Of a DNA stretch of 64,000 nucleotides, positions 54,272 through 64,000 are shown one piece after another (the first letter of the stretch is position 1; every line of letters begins with the position of its first letter). The notes under the pieces are model-generated. The model was not told where the DNA came from and searched no databases. It saw only the letters and a program-made list of their open reading frames with translations. The stretch is taken from positions 9,644-73,643 of the forward strand of contig JBAXLH010000003.1 of NCBI GenBank assembly GCA_037134875.1. The letters are read 5' to 3'. This stretch comes from a bacterium. GTDB taxonomy: Bacteria; Patescibacteriota; Minisyncoccia; Phycocordibacterales; DATDWN01. The translations under genes and the position numbers were made by a program.

Positions 54272-54853
54272 TTAGAAATTGTTTCCACCAACACGCTCGG
54301 CGTAGTTTCCAGTCTCGGTATTGATGCGAATTATTTCACCCTCTTTTATAAACATAGGAACATTCACAGTAGCGCCAGTTTCAACGACGACTTGCTTTGT
54401 TGCTCCAGATGATGTGTTGCCTTTGACTGCGTCGTGTGCCTCGGTTACCTTGAGATCAACTTTGATAGGGAATTTGATACCGATGAATTCATCATCAAAC
54501 ACAAGTCCGGTCAAAATAGAATTCTGTTTTATGTATTTTATTTCCTGACCAATGAGATCGCTGTCTATTTTGTATCTGTCACTTGGGTTTGTTGGATCAC
54601 AGAACCAATACTCACCTTTATTTTCGTACAAATATTTTACATCGCGATTTTCTATTTCTGCTTCCTCAGCTTTTTCTGAGACATGGAAAGATCGCTCGGT
54701 GACTTTGCCGGAAATGAGGTTTCGCAATTTGACAGCATTGACCGGCTTGCGCTGTTGCTTGCGAAAAACGTGAGAGGTAAGTACCTCCCAAGGTTGTCCG
54801 TCTAGAACAATATATTTCCTCTCTTTTATTTCATCATATTCTAATTGAGCCAT
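54272..54853 (-). CDS. efp: Elongation factor P
   Basis: MAQLEYDEIKERKYIVLDGQPWEVL...; three OB/KOW-like domains; 193 aa. Confidence 0.9.
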   Translation of the reverse strand: MAQLEYDEIKERKYIVLDGQPWEVLTSHVFRKQQRKPVNAVKLRNLISGKVTERSFHVSEKAEEAEIENRDVKYLYENKGEYWFCDPTNPSDRYKIDSDLIGQEIKYIKQNSILTGLVFDDEFIGIKFPIKVDLKVTEAHDAVKGNTSSGATKQVVVETGATVNVPMFIKEGEIIRINTETGNYAERVGGNNF

Positions 54854-54937
54854 ATTTTTTCAGAAGTTATAATAACTGCAAAATTATAGCTTATTTGAGC
54901 CATAAAATCAAGCTATAAAAAATCAATTTTTTTTTCT

Positions 54938-56014
54938 TTATTCTTCACTCCCACTCTCCTCATCACCACCTTTGCTTGGTACGACAGATCCGCCATTGTC
55001 GTGGAGTTGCTTGCGGATTTGCTTCATAATATCTTCGGCGATTTTTTTGTTGGCTTTATCTTTCAAAAATTGTCTGGTTGCGTCATATCCTCGGCCGAGC
55101 GCAATATCTCCATATCTGTATGACGAGCCGGATTTCTGGACGATACCCATTTTTTCTCCGAGTGCGATCATTTCGCCTTCGCGAGAAATACCTTCGTTGT
55201 ACATTAGGTCAAATTCTGTTTGCTTGAATGGTGCGGCGACCTTGTTTTTGACTACCTTTACTCGCACACGACCTCCCATAATTTCTTCGCCTTTTTTGAT
55301 CTGGGCGATACGCCTAATATCGAGACGAACAGACGTATAAAATTTGAGTGCCTTTCCTCCAGGAGTTGTTTCTGGGTTACCAAACATCACGCCGATTTGC
55401 ATACGGATTTGGTTTATGAAAATGACAACAGTTTTTGATTTGGCAACAATAGCTGTGAGTTTGCGGAGAGCTTGGGACATCAGGCGGGCTTGCTTGCCGA
55501 CATGGTGTGCGCCCATATCTCCCTCGATTTCATCTTTTGGTGTGAGGGCTGCTACGGAGTCAATGACGATAACATCCATTTTGCCGGAGCGAACGAGGGA
55601 CTCTACGATTTCGAGCGCTTGTTCTCCATTGTCTGGCTGAGAAATGAGAAGCTGATCGATTTTTACTCCGAGTCTCTGTGAATATTCTGGATCCATTGAA
55701 TGTTCGGCGTCAATAAATGCACAAATGCCACCCATTTTTTGAGCCTCCGCTACAATATGCAGTGAGAGGGTAGTCTTGCCCGATGACTCGGGTCCAAAAA
55801 TTTCAATAATTCTACCACGAGGAACACCGCCGACACCGAGCGCCGCATCGAGTCCGATCGAGCCGGTTGGTATAGCATTCACATCTACATGTGGTTTGTC
55901 ACCGAGCATCATGATGGCATCATCGCCAAATTTTGTTTTGATATCTCGCAGAGTATCATCGATGTTGACTCTTCCAACATTTCCTTTTTCTTCCTTTTTT
56001 TCTTTCTTTTTCAT
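54938..56014 (-). CDS. recA: Recombinase RecA
   Basis: Walker [11 protein letters not shown]; [11 protein letters not shown]; L1/L2 loops; [11 protein letters not shown]-terminus. Start taken as MKKKEKK (56014). The ORF track's N-terminal extension to 56116 translates the conserved upstream element. Confidence 0.95.
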   Translation of the reverse strand: MKKKEKKEEKGNVGRVNIDDTLRDIKTKFGDDAIMMLGDKPHVDVNAIPTGSIGLDAALGVGGVPRGRIIEIFGPESSGKTTLSLHIVAEAQKMGGICAFIDAEHSMDPEYSQRLGVKIDQLLISQPDNGEQALEIVESLVRSGKMDVIVIDSVAALTPKDEIEGDMGAHHVGKQARLMSQALRKLTAIVAKSKTVVIFINQIRMQIGVMFGNPETTPGGKALKFYTSVRLDIRRIAQIKKGEEIMGGRVRVKVVKNKVAAPFKQTEFDLMYNEGISREGEMIALGEKMGIVQKSGSSYRYGDIALGRGYDATRQFLKDKANKKIAEDIMKQIRKQLHDNGGSVVPSKGGDEESGSEE

Positions 56015-56043
56015 TTCTTGTTTTTTAAATTTTTTGTTTTCGA

Positions 56044-56185
56044 AAACCATTCGCAGACTTTTGACTGAAATGTTAATACTTTTTTCTAGCCGTGAGCGTT
56101 TAGTCCTGTGTAACAAGGACCGACTGAAAGGAGTCCGCGGAAGGCAGAAAAAAGTATTCTACATTTCACAAAAGGCGAGGACGGT
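56044..56185 (-). ncRNA. Conserved 142-nt structured element, copy 2, immediately upstream of recA. Candidate cis-regulatory 5' leader.
   Basis: Same four conserved blocks as 3637..3778, at identical spacing. The variable blocks tgaaatgt/acatttca pair within this copy. Confidence 0.5.
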
Positions 56186-56232
56186 TTGAGGAAACAAAAA
56201 ATACTAATAAAATAATAATTTAATTAAAAATT

Positions 56233-56586
56233 TTAATATTCCTTTAAAATGAGCTCAAGTTTTTTCTCTGTATACGTCCCAAATTTATCTTTACCATCTA
56301 GTCTTATTATATTATAGCCTGGGGAAAGTAACAATTTCTCGGAAAACTTGCCATCCTTGTCTGTAAATATGCTTTTGCCATTGAGATTCAAAAAAGCGAC
56401 ATTTTTTGCTTTGCCGTTGATTTCTATGAGAGTTTGGCTATATGTGGCGCCATTTTGGGGTGTGTAGACCTGGATAGAAGGCCCTGTAATGAGGTTGTAG
56501 GCTTGGTAAATGGAATAGAGCACAATAATGCCTCCGAGGAGGGAAAGGGAGGTGATCTTTAGAATTGAGGATGCATTTTTATTCAT
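56233..56586 (-). CDS. Hypothetical membrane-anchored protein (N-terminal transmembrane helix, beta-rich ectodomain)
   Basis: ORF only. Confidence 0.4.
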   Translation of the reverse strand: MNKNASSILKITSLSLLGGIIVLYSIYQAYNLITGPSIQVYTPQNGATYSQTLIEINGKAKNVAFLNLNGKSIFTDKDGKFSEKLLLSPGYNIIRLDGKDKFGTYTEKKLELILKEY

Positions 56587-57106
56587 TTTTTTTGAATTTT
56601 TTACCCGCGAGCCACTCCGAAATGTAACCTTTGTATTTTTTGCGGATTTCGGGAGGCATATTGTGTTCGTAGTTGCCTATGATTTTTCGGCAGGAAGGGG
56701 TTCCGCATTTGCATTTCATTCTCCAGTACGGATGGTTTTCGGTCATTTCATAGTCCCAGGTAATTTCTTCATCTGGAAAAATGTCACGCATAGCGACAAC
56801 TTGAAATAGATGTTTGATACCACAGTTTGGTTCGCACGAGTGGTTTATAATTCGCGCTATACCATTTGAATCTCGCCACTTTTTTTCTTCAAACTGAATA
56901 CAATGGTCGGCGAGTTCGTCGGTCCATCTGTCATCTTCCCAGTCATATATTTCGCCATCAAATTCGGCGATAAGTTCTCCTTTTTTTATGTGTTCTTGTG
57001 CGAAAACCCCCTGACCTCTGTTTTTTGTTTTTCTAACCTGTATTTTCTTACTGTCCATTTTTTTGAAATTATCCTGTGTAATCGTTTTCTGGTGTTGCTC
57101 CGTCAT
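56579..57106 (-). CDS. SET-domain protein (putative protein lysine methyltransferase) with post-SET Cys cluster
   Basis: GQGVFAQEHIKKGELIAEFDGEIY; RIINHSCEPNC (NHSCxPN); EEITWDY (ELTxDY); CKCGTPSC post-SET motif. Confidence 0.8.
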   Translation of the reverse strand: MTEQHQKTITQDNFKKMDSKKIQVRKTKNRGQGVFAQEHIKKGELIAEFDGEIYDWEDDRWTDELADHCIQFEEKKWRDSNGIARIINHSCEPNCGIKHLFQVVAMRDIFPDEEITWDYEMTENHPYWRMKCKCGTPSCRKIIGNYEHNMPPEIRKKYKGYISEWLAGKKFKKNE

Positions 57107-59303
57107 TTTTACCTTCTAGAACTTCGCGAGGTTTGGCGCCTGATCCGGGGCCGATCACTCCACGCTCCTCGAGCATATCCATAAGACGTGCGGCACGGGC
57201 ATATCCTACACCGAGCTTGCGTTGGAGGTATGATGTCGAGGCTTTGCCGGCTTCGAGCACTGTGTGGCGAGCGTCCTCGTACAAATCGTCCTCAGCTTCT
57301 GCTTTTTCGTCATCGAGGGCGGATTCAAAAATTGATTTGCCTGCAAATGAGCCGTCTTGATTTTGCTGACCGCCAGTAATGTCTATTTCGTTTGGAATCT
57401 CACTTTCGTAACTCTGTACGAGATATTTGACCACTGATTTTGTTTCGTTTTCAGAAATATAGGCGGATTGGATACGACGAGGCTGTGACATTTCTCCGGA
57501 GAGGTAGAGCATATCTCCAGCACCGAGAAGTTTTTCGGCTCCTGACATATCGAGAATCGTTCGTGAGTCGATTTGGGACGCCACCTGCAAGGCGATACGT
57601 GATGGAATGTTTGCTTTGATGAGACCAGTGATAACATTGACTGACGGTCGCTGTGTGGAGAGGATGAGGTGGATACCGACAGCTCGGGACATTTGGGCGA
57701 GACGGACGATCGCGGCCTCGAGTTCGCGAGGATATGCGGTCATAATGTCGGCGAGTTCGTCAATGACAACTACAATATATGGCATTGTTTCAATTGGCTT
57801 TGACTCATCATCACTCTTTCTGTTTTTTGCTTTCTTAATTTCTGGCTCAACTACATTTTTGTGGTATGACTCAATGTTTTGGAGAGACTCGGCTTGCAAA
57901 ATATCATAGCGCCTATCCATTTCTTTTGCTGCCCATTTGAGCGCGAGAATAGATTTTTTGGCATCAGTAATAACCGGCGTGAGGAGGTGTGGAATTTTGT
58001 TGTAGAGAGTGAGCTCAACACGCTTTGGGTCAACCATAATAAATTTGAGATTGTCCGGAGAGTTGCGATAGAGAAGTGACGTAATAATAGTATGTATCGT
58101 GACTGATTTTCCAGATCCGGTCGCACCAGCAATGAGAAGGTGCGGAGCTTTTGCGAGGTTGCCGAAATATGACATACCGGAAATACCTTTGCCGAGACAC
58201 ATAAGGAGTGGCTTTTCGGAATTTTGGAATTCAGGTGATCCGAGGAGCGAGCCGAGACCCACTGTACTCTTTGTGCTGTTTGGAATTTCGATACCGACAA
58301 GGGACTTGCCTGGGATTGGTGCCTCGATACGGATTGGGTGTGCAGCGAGCGCGAGCGAGAGGTCGTTTTGGAGTGCGACGATACGCGAGAGTTTGACACC
58401 TTCTGCTGGCTTGAGCGCATAGCGCGTGATTGATGGTCCGATAGATATTTCATCCATCTCCACATTGATGCCAAAGTTTGCCAGTGTGCGTTTTATAATA
58501 TTTGAATTGGCTTTGATATCACCGACACCCGGCTTGCCTTTGTCCACATCGAGGAGCGAGAGTGGTGGAGGAGTAAATTCTTTTCCGGAAAGGGAGAGAG
58601 GTCCGATGCCAAATTCATTTTCTTTTTTCTCATCCTTGCCAAACATTTTTTTGACTGCAGATTTTTCGGCGTCTTCTGGTTTTGTGATTTGCGTGGCCAC
58701 GGTCTCGGTAGGCGCACCAACAATGACCGGTTCGGTAGCGATCAGGCTGTCATTTTCTTCATCTGTTTTTTTCTTGAAAAGGGAAGTTACAAATTCAAAT
58801 CTGAGTTGCGTGTCAAACATAATGAGAAACGAAATAATCACGAAAGCGAGCAGGATGATGAGACTGACATAAATATCAAACATCCCGAGAAGTGGTGCTG
58901 ATATAAATCGTCCGACAACTCCACCTCGGCCTGTCAAAGTTATTTCAATAATTGAAAGTGATGAAATGAAAAAAAGGAGACCACCGATCGTTTGAGTGAG
59001 TGCGAGTTTTTTGTGCAAACTTCTGAAAAAGGAGACACACAAAATGAAAAAAAGAATAGGTAATAAATAGTACCCGACACCAAAAAGATATGAGAAGATT
59101 TCGTATGATTTTGTACCTACGACACCTCCTTTTTCAAATGCAGAAAATACCAAGAAAATGCCGAGAACAAAAAAAACGACTGCCATAATTCCCCGCAAAG
59201 TTTCTTCTTTTAAGTGATTAAACATTGATAATGAGTCACCCTCTTTTTCATCTCTATTTTTTGAGGAGCTATCTGCCCCGTTCTTTTTATTCTTGCGCGC
59301 CAT
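57069..59303 (-). CDS. ftsK: DNA translocase FtsK/SpoIIIE
   Basis: Four N-terminal transmembrane helices; Walker A GATGSGKSV; C-terminal gamma winged-helix (YLQRKLGVGYARAARLMDMLEERGVI). Confidence 0.9.
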   Translation of the reverse strand: MARKNKKNGADSSSKNRDEKEGDSLSMFNHLKEETLRGIMAVVFFVLGIFLVFSAFEKGGVVGTKSYEIFSYLFGVGYYLLPILFFILCVSFFRSLHKKLALTQTIGGLLFFISSLSIIEITLTGRGGVVGRFISAPLLGMFDIYVSLIILLAFVIISFLIMFDTQLRFEFVTSLFKKKTDEENDSLIATEPVIVGAPTETVATQITKPEDAEKSAVKKMFGKDEKKENEFGIGPLSLSGKEFTPPPLSLLDVDKGKPGVGDIKANSNIIKRTLANFGINVEMDEISIGPSITRYALKPAEGVKLSRIVALQNDLSLALAAHPIRIEAPIPGKSLVGIEIPNSTKSTVGLGSLLGSPEFQNSEKPLLMCLGKGISGMSYFGNLAKAPHLLIAGATGSGKSVTIHTIITSLLYRNSPDNLKFIMVDPKRVELTLYNKIPHLLTPVITDAKKSILALKWAAKEMDRRYDILQAESLQNIESYHKNVVEPEIKKAKNRKSDDESKPIETMPYIVVVIDELADIMTAYPRELEAAIVRLAQMSRAVGIHLILSTQRPSVNVITGLIKANIPSRIALQVASQIDSRTILDMSGAEKLLGAGDMLYLSGEMSQPRRIQSAYISENETKSVVKYLVQSYESEIPNEIDITGGQQNQDGSFAGKSIFESALDDEKAEAEDDLYEDARHTVLEAGKASTSYLQRKLGVGYARAARLMDMLEERGVIGPGSGAKPREVLEGKNDGATPENDYTG

Positions 59304-59413
59304 ATGTGTATATTTTACCAGAAATATGAAGGATTACGAAATCGTCAAGAAAACACAGGAGAGGGGAGTTTTTACAAACCTGTCTTTTAGTGTTCTGTCT
59401 AACAAGGACACTT

Positions 59414-59442
59414 GACGAAATAAAGGACATAGTGTATTATAT
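59414..59442 (+). promoter_or_regulatory. Putative sigma70 promoter TTGACG, 17-nt spacer, TATTAT, for the 59484 gene
   Basis: Motif spacing in the sequence. Confidence 0.4.
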
Positions 59443-59483
59443 AAGACATAATAAAGACATATTTATAAACGTAAAAGTCTATA

Positions 59484-60284
59484 ATGGACAATAAAAAAGA
59501 CAAAAATATGGATACAGAAAACAGTCTTTCAGTCAGTAATGTGCAAAAAAGCAAGGAAATAATATCCTATTTCAACAAGGACAAGGACTTTGTTTTTGCA
59601 TACAAAAAGACAGAAAAACTTTCTGCCGCAGTCTATCTTGTAACAAATTTGTTTTCTGATAACGAACCAATGAAATGGACACTCCGAAAAAAGATTCAGG
59701 AGGTTTTGTCGTTTATGGTCGGTTACAAAGATGTCGGCGAGTTTAGTCGATCTGATTTTTCACAAAAAGCAAAAACAATGATTTTGGAAATCGTTTCTCT
59801 TTTGGAAGTTTCTTCTTTGTCCGGACTTGTTTCGTTTATGAACTTTTCAATCATCAAACAAGAGTTTTCTGATCTCATTAGTATACTGGAGAAAGGAGGT
59901 GAATTACAGAAAAACATTGGTCAGAATAATATCTCCAGATCGTTCTTCTACGTAGAGCCGATACAACAAAATCCTGTACAAAGTACAGAAAATTTTGCTG
60001 AAGAAAAAAGAGATTATTCAGTGAGATCAGAGACAAGAATTCCTCAGAATATTTTAAGAGACATACAGACAGTAAAGGACAACTTTGTGTTCAAAAGAAA
60101 CAACAGACAGGATTCAATTATCAACCTTCTCAAAAAGAAAAGTGATTTGAGTATAAAGGACATTTCTCTCACTGTGAAAGGATGCAGTGAAAAAACTATC
60201 CAGAGAGAGCTAATAACCTTGATTTCTAGCGGTATTGTCAAAAAGACAGGCGAGAGGAGATGGAGTAAATATTCTCTCGTTTAA
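59484..60284 (+). CDS. Hypothetical protein with C-terminal winged-helix (DeoR-like) DNA-binding domain
   Basis: The C-terminal segment SIINLLKKKSDLSIKDISLTVKGCSEKTIQRELITLISSGIVKK is HTH-like. Confidence 0.4.
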   Translation: MDNKKDKNMDTENSLSVSNVQKSKEIISYFNKDKDFVFAYKKTEKLSAAVYLVTNLFSDNEPMKWTLRKKIQEVLSFMVGYKDVGEFSRSDFSQKAKTMILEIVSLLEVSSLSGLVSFMNFSIIKQEFSDLISILEKGGELQKNIGQNNISRSFFYVEPIQQNPVQSTENFAEEKRDYSVRSETRIPQNILRDIQTVKDNFVFKRNNRQDSIINLLKKKSDLSIKDISLTVKGCSEKTIQRELITLISSGIVKKTGERRWSKYSLV

Positions 60285-60943
60285 AAATAAGATTTGTTTT
60301 GGTTTTTTGTAATGAATTATATGCAGGATGAATCTTGGCCCACACATTGACTTTTCTCGCTTTTTTTGAAATACTGGGTCTGAGTGGATATGTGCGCATT
60401 TTGTGTTCTTATGACGTTTTTCTGTCATAAGAAAAGTCCAAAATACGTAGTTATCCACACAGACTGATTTGGAAGTCTTTGGAGTAGAATATATAATACA
60501 CAGTATAAATGGTATTACATACTGTTTATGCTTGACTGTACTAATTATTTCTCCCCAGACTGTATTCGGAACTGCAAGGTTCGTTGACAACAAAATAGAG
60601 ATTGAAAAATTCATTGCGACTAGAGTGCAAAACACTTGTGTCGCACATCCCGAATTCCTTTTTCTGTAACGATTGTAACGAGAGAAAATCAGTCCAAACT
60701 CTACCAACTATTTTTTCATTTTGTGTCGAAAAGCTCGGCCTCGTCATCATGCGAGGTATGTCCGTCTTACGGACGGATATGAGTAAATATAAAATGAATA
60801 AATTAGTATGAGGTGAGGGTTCGTATAAAAAGTTTTTATGCGAAGATCTCACAAAGCATTATCAGTTTAGTTAACGTTTCAATAGTTGTCTCTAAAAAAT
60901 TACTAGTAACATAGGGATAATTATTTTATTAAAAACATATATA

Positions 60944-63900
60944 TGAATTTAACAAAATCAAAAACTGCAAAGTTTGCTGCAAGTTTTGTAGCCTTTGTCA
61001 CAGTATTGTCGTTTGTTGCGACAGTTGCTGTAGCAGGAGCTTATACTTTCAACACAAACTTGACAGTTGGCAGTAAAGGCCAGGATGTTGCAGAACTCCA
61101 AAAAGTTCTCAACTCTAGTGCTGATACTCAGGTAGCTGCTACTGGCGTTGGTTCAGCAGGACAGGAGTCAACATACTTCGGTGGGTTGACAAAGGCCGCT
61201 GTTATCAAATTCCAGAAGAAAAATGGTATTACACCTACAGCAGGATACGTTGGTGCAATCACTCGAGCAAAACTTAATTCAATGGGCAGTACAGGTTCAA
61301 CAGGATCTACTGGCTCAACAGGCTCGACAGGAACAACACTTCCTACAGGTGGAGCACTTACAGTTACATCCGCATCACAGCCTGCAAACTCACTCGCACC
61401 AGCAGGTGCAGCACGAGTTCCATTTACTACAGTTACACTCACAGCCGGATCAGCTGATGTCACAGTTAATTCAATAACTGTACAGAGATCAGGTCTTGCA
61501 CAGGATGCAGTATTCTCAGGTATTGTTCTTTTGGACAATAACGGAATGCAGATTGGTATCGCAAAGACAATCAACTCAAATCATCAGGCAATGGTTGGTG
61601 AGCCATTCGTAGTTAAGGCAGGAACATCAAAGACAGTTACCATCGCTGGTAACATGGCATCAAGTCTCGGCTCATACGCTGGACAGGTTGTTGGTCTCGA
61701 TGTAGTTGCAGTTAACACAACAGCTTCAGTTAGTGGCTCACTTCCTATCACAGGAGCACAGCAGACAGTAAATGCTACTCTTGGACTTGGTACAGCTACA
61801 GTTCAGATTTCATCATTTGATCCAAACTCAAACCAGACAAAGGAAATCGGCACAACAAACTACAAGTTTGCTGGCGTTCGAGTTACAGCTGGTTCAGTAG
61901 AGCAGATCAAAGTATGGTCAATCCGATGGAATCAGACAGGTTCAGCATCATCACAAGACCTTGCTAACGTAGCGGTCTATGTAAATGGTACTGCATACCC
62001 AACAGTTGTTTCAGCTGATGGAAAGTACTTCTCAGCAATATTCCCTAACGGAATTCTCGTTGACAAAGGAAACTCTATCGATATGTACATCCAGGGTGAT
62101 ATCATTGGTACAGGTGCAGCTGGTAGAACAGTCAAATTTGACCTCTACAAGACTACAGACTTGTACGTATCTGGTAACACATATATGTACGGTATAACAC
62201 CTACAGGTTCTGGAACAGGTTTTGTTGCTAACACAACACCATGGTACGCAGGTTCAACAGTTACAGTTTCAGCAGGTTCTGTTACAACTATCCAGAAGGC
62301 AACTTCTGTAGCAGCTCAGAACATCGCTGTTAATGTATCAAACCAGGTACTCGGTGGATACTCAACAGATATCAAGGGTGAACCTATCACAGTTCAGTCA
62401 TCAGTATTCCACTTCACAACATCATTCGTTCCTTCAGCTTACCTCACATCTGTATCTATTGTAGATCAGAACGGTGCAGTAGTTGCAGGTCCAGTTGATG
62501 CAGTTGTAGAATCTGGTACAAACCAGAAGGTTACATTCACAGATTCAATCACATATCCAGTAGGACAGAAGACTTACACACTCAAAGGTAAGCTCCCTTC
62601 AAACTACGGAAACAATGCTACAATCACAGCTTCTTCAACACCTTCATCTGACTGGACAAACGTCACAGGCCAGACAACAGGTAACAACATAACAGTTGGA
62701 AGTGGCGTGTTCTCAATGAACACAATGACTGTAAAGGCGGCTGCTCTTGCAATTTCAGTTGCATCAACACCTACAGCACAGTCAATCGTAGCAGGTGGAC
62801 AAGGAGTCTTGTTTGCTAACTACCAGTTTGACGCATCACAATCAGGAGAAGATGTACGATTCTCAACAATTCCTTTGAAGTACACATTCACTGGTGGTGC
62901 AGTAAATACAGGTCTTACAGCATGTCAGTTGTATGATGGCGCAACAGCCCTCAACACTGGTTCAAACGTTGTAAATCCAGCATCTACAGTCACAACAGGA
63001 TCAGACGTAACATACACAATGGACTCACAGCTTGTTATTCCAAAAGGAACAATCAAGACAATAGCTCTCAAGTGTAATGTCACATCAGGAGTTTCTGGTT
63101 CATACTCATGGGGTATTGCATCAGCTCCATCAATTGCTGTAACAGGTGTTACATCATCAAACGATGTTACTGAAACAGTAACAGCTTCTAACGGCCAGGC
63201 AATGGCAGTTGGAAATGGATCTCTTGCTGTCTCACTCGATGGTAACAGTCCTTCATACGCTATCGTAGCTGCAGGTTCAACAGGTAACATTGTTGGAATC
63301 TACAAGTTCCGAGCAACAAATGAAGCTGTTAACTTGAACCGAATCGGACTCAAGCTTACAAACACAGCATCATCTTCAGCATCTGACCTCTTCCAGGTAT
63401 CTGTATGGGACGGATCAACACAGGTTGGTTCAGCAGTATTCACTGGTAACAGTCCATACGCTACATCAACATTTGCTTCACCAGTTCCTCTTCCAAAAGA
63501 CACAGACAAGACTTTGACAATCAAAGTTGACCTCGCACCTGTTGGAACATCACAGGCTGGTACAGAAGGTGCTTTGGTTGCAGTTGACCTTAACGGTTCT
63601 GATCCAACAGGTACTCAGGGTACAGGTGCTGGTTCTGGAAACACAATCAACGCAACTGGCTCAACAGCAGTGGCAGGAGTTCGAATGTTCAAATCATTCC
63701 CAGTATTCACTTACAGCAATGCAAGTGCAGTAGCTCAGAATGGTACAAACGATCTTTTGACACTCACAGTTGGAGCAAGTGGAACAGGCGATACACAGTT
63801 GTACAAACTGACATTCGCAGTTTCAACTACAACAGCTACCCTTACAAATCCTACATTCAGTGGACCTAATGGTAGTGTTGGTACAGTTGCTCTTAACGCA

Positions 63901-64000
63901 GCAGCAGCAGGTACACTCATCACAGCTACATTTGATAGTGCAAGCAACACCCAGGATAGAACAGTTTCTGTAGGTTCAACAAAGACATACACACTTCGTG
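60944..64000 (+). CDS. Giant secreted/cell-surface protein, 3'-truncated by the window end (more than 1018 aa). N-terminal transmembrane/signal, then a peptidoglycan-binding-like domain, a (STG)n linker and many T/S/G/A/V-rich Ig-like beta repeats.
   Basis: Open frame from the ATG at 60944 to the window end with no stop. PG-binding motif GQDVAELQKVLN...GGLTKAAVIKFQKKNGITPTAGYVGAITRAKL. Not in the ORF track because there is no in-window stop. The minus-strand ORFs here are artefacts. Confidence 0.75.

Noticed and set aside
60210-60707. 165-aa minus-strand ORF in the AT-rich region upstream of the giant surface-protein gene
   Set aside because: Low-complexity, Cys-rich and hydrophobic translation of an AT-rich intergenic region. 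It has no Shine-Dalgarno sequence. It is more likely a promoter or regulatory region for the 60944 gene.
61290-61340. STGSTGSTGSTG nucleotide repeat as a possible phase-variation tract or CRISPR-like repeat
   Set aside because: The 9-bp units are imperfect at the DNA level (synonymous differences). They are coding linker sequence with no spacer or repeat architecture. No CRISPR array exists anywhere in the window.
61128-63992. Multiple minus-strand ORFs (148, 121, 85 aa and others) within the giant surface-protein gene
   Set aside because: These are antisense frames kept open by the biased T/S/G/A codon composition of the plus-strand gene. They have no start context.

Overview
This window looks like a low-GC, gene-dense segment of a reduced genome of the Candidate Phyla Radiation (Patescibacteria) type. 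It has short intergenic regions, many overlapping start/stop codons, and an informational and type IV pilus gene set: ruvB, pilB/gspE, tsaE, polA, ruvA, mutM/fpg, rpsT, ruvX, pilMNO, uppS, rluA-family, rplS, folD, metG, tatD, the rpsF-ssb-rpsR operon, efp, recA and ftsK. I called eight tRNA genes by hand: Lys-UUU, Arg-GCG, Ser-UGA, Arg-UCU, Leu-CAG, Val-UAC, Leu-GAG and His-GUG. No rRNA or CRISPR array was seen.

Accessory content:
- An integrated element at the 3' end of tRNA-Ser (about 20.6-29.8 kb). It carries a large serine recombinase, an excisionase-like HTH protein, a tyrosine integrase, unknown proteins and a Type III restriction-modification system (Mod + Res).
- A tightly coupled seven-gene operon of enzymes for non-canonical nucleotides: Ham1, two YjjX paralogs, an ASCH-ParB fusion, a P-loop kinase, a minimal nucleotidyltransferase and a DNPH1/Rcl-like protein.
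- A free-standing LAGLIDADG homing endonuclease.
- A roughly 750-bp high-GC block encoding a lipoprotein behind a consensus promoter.

Signals the gene track does not explain:
- A 142-nt element present twice in the same orientation, immediately upstream of pilB and of recA. Its variable segments differ between the copies but can still pair (compensatory base changes), which points to a structured RNA leader.
- A tRNA cluster at 36.9-37.7 kb in which three small inserts (about 107-180 bp) are each bracketed by direct repeats of the 3' end of the adjacent tRNA. Two of the inserts are paralogous elements that also show compensatory changes.

All calls rest on manual motif recognition; no database search was possible.
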